This document shows positions 63,201 to 64,000 of a stretch of 64,000 bases of DNA, in pieces. The notes beneath the pieces were generated by a model. That model searched no databases and was not told the DNA's origin. It saw only the letters and a list, made by a program, of their open reading frames with translations. Both the position numbers and the translations under genes were made by a program. The number at the start of each line of letters is the position of its first letter. The first letter of the stretch is position 1. The DNA is from Moniliella sp. 'wahieum' (lineage: Eukaryota): NCBI GenBank assembly GCA_003971905.1, contig RSEE01000003.1, positions 124,001 to 188,000 of the forward strand. Direction: 5' to 3'.

Positions 63201-64000
63201 TTTGCTAAGCTGCTCTTGAATGAGAATAACTTTCTCCTGTCCCTTAACGACAAAGTAACCACCTGGGTCAAGTGGACACTCGTTCATCTGTGCCAGCTCC
63301 TTTTCAGTGCGACCAGAAAGGGCACACTTGTTGGAGCGGAGCATGATGGGCATCCGCCCAATATCGATGTGTTTGCGGCGGTAGATCTTACCTCCACGCG
63401 TGTACTCAACGTCAACGTAAATGGGGGCGCTGTACGTCATATCACGGAGACGGCACTCGTGTGGGCTAAAGGCCTTTAAAGCTTTTGAGCGAGCCCTTGC
63501 CCGATCCCTTGACCGTTGGTCCGGGCTCCACCACGGGACCGTCGCCGCCCGGGGGAGGGGATGCCAACGTAGATATCGGTGTACTTCCAATAGAACTTGG
63601 GGTCGATGTCGCTGTGACAAGCTGGTTGGCCTTCAAAATCTCCTTGAGGCCATAATCAACAAAGTAATTGAAGCTGTCAATGTGTTGTTTGACCAGGCCC
63701 TTGACTTGCAGAAAGGCAGGCAGCAGCTGCCACTTGTCGGCCACTCCTTGATGGGAGCAGTGAGGTTGGGCGCTCGGGCTAGGTGAGCGATGGCGGCATG
63801 CTGCTGGTCGAGAGACATGGACTCGTACAGGTCGGTGGCGGCGGCCTTGCTGTCGGAGGCAAGGTCATGTGCCAGGGAGCGCGTGCGTTCGGCAGATGGA
63901 CAGGGTCGGGCAGGGCGCCTGGGGGATCGGGGCCGGCGACAACCTCGGGGCGGTCGGCGGGGTCGCCGTAGAAGGCCGTGTGGACGCTGTCATGCGTGGC
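60279..64000 (-). CDS. RET1: RNA polymerase III second-largest subunit (Rpc2); N-terminus probably runs off the window
   Basis: [117 protein letters not shown] (Pol III-type variants). Confidence 0.96.

Overview
This is eukaryotic, not prokaryotic, DNA. It is a gene-dense, intron-poor, GC-rich fungal segment, most likely a basidiomycete of the Ustilaginomycotina (inferred from a Gpa1-type G-alpha and few short GT..CTRAC..AG introns). About 22 apparently functional protein genes and one intron-containing tRNA-Tyr(GTA) are recognisable: GFA1, ILV2, a BVMO-type monooxygenase, GCN1, BXI1, DnaJC3/Dnj1, PIN4-like, EGD2, RPN8, a non-canonical transketolase-family enzyme, GPA1, a DH/PH-like protein, BNA3, MED19-like, ISA1, a GH43 hydrolase, a hypothetical protein, eIF5A, SRP21, CTP1, a RING-CH ligase, LCL3 and RPC2/RET1 (partial). 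Nearly every gene, including essential ones, is broken by small deletions while its protein sequence stays well conserved. This points to an unpolished long-read consensus, so CDS coordinates are overall spans. Four observations stand out. (1) Three lower-GC, apparently decayed relics of normally conserved RNA-metabolism/transport genes are present: YRB1, RRP41 and a barely recognisable DEAH helicase. (2) Intergenic regions repeatedly carry 7-bp-period arrays made of a 6-bp palindrome plus one base (ACCGGT+C, AACGTT+G, ATGCAT+G, CACGTG+T). (3) The BXI1/DNJ1 bidirectional promoter is rich in UPRE-like sites. (4) GC islands centre on gene boundaries. No CRISPR array, rRNA or intact mobile element was seen. 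All homology calls are from motif recognition by eye; no searches were run.
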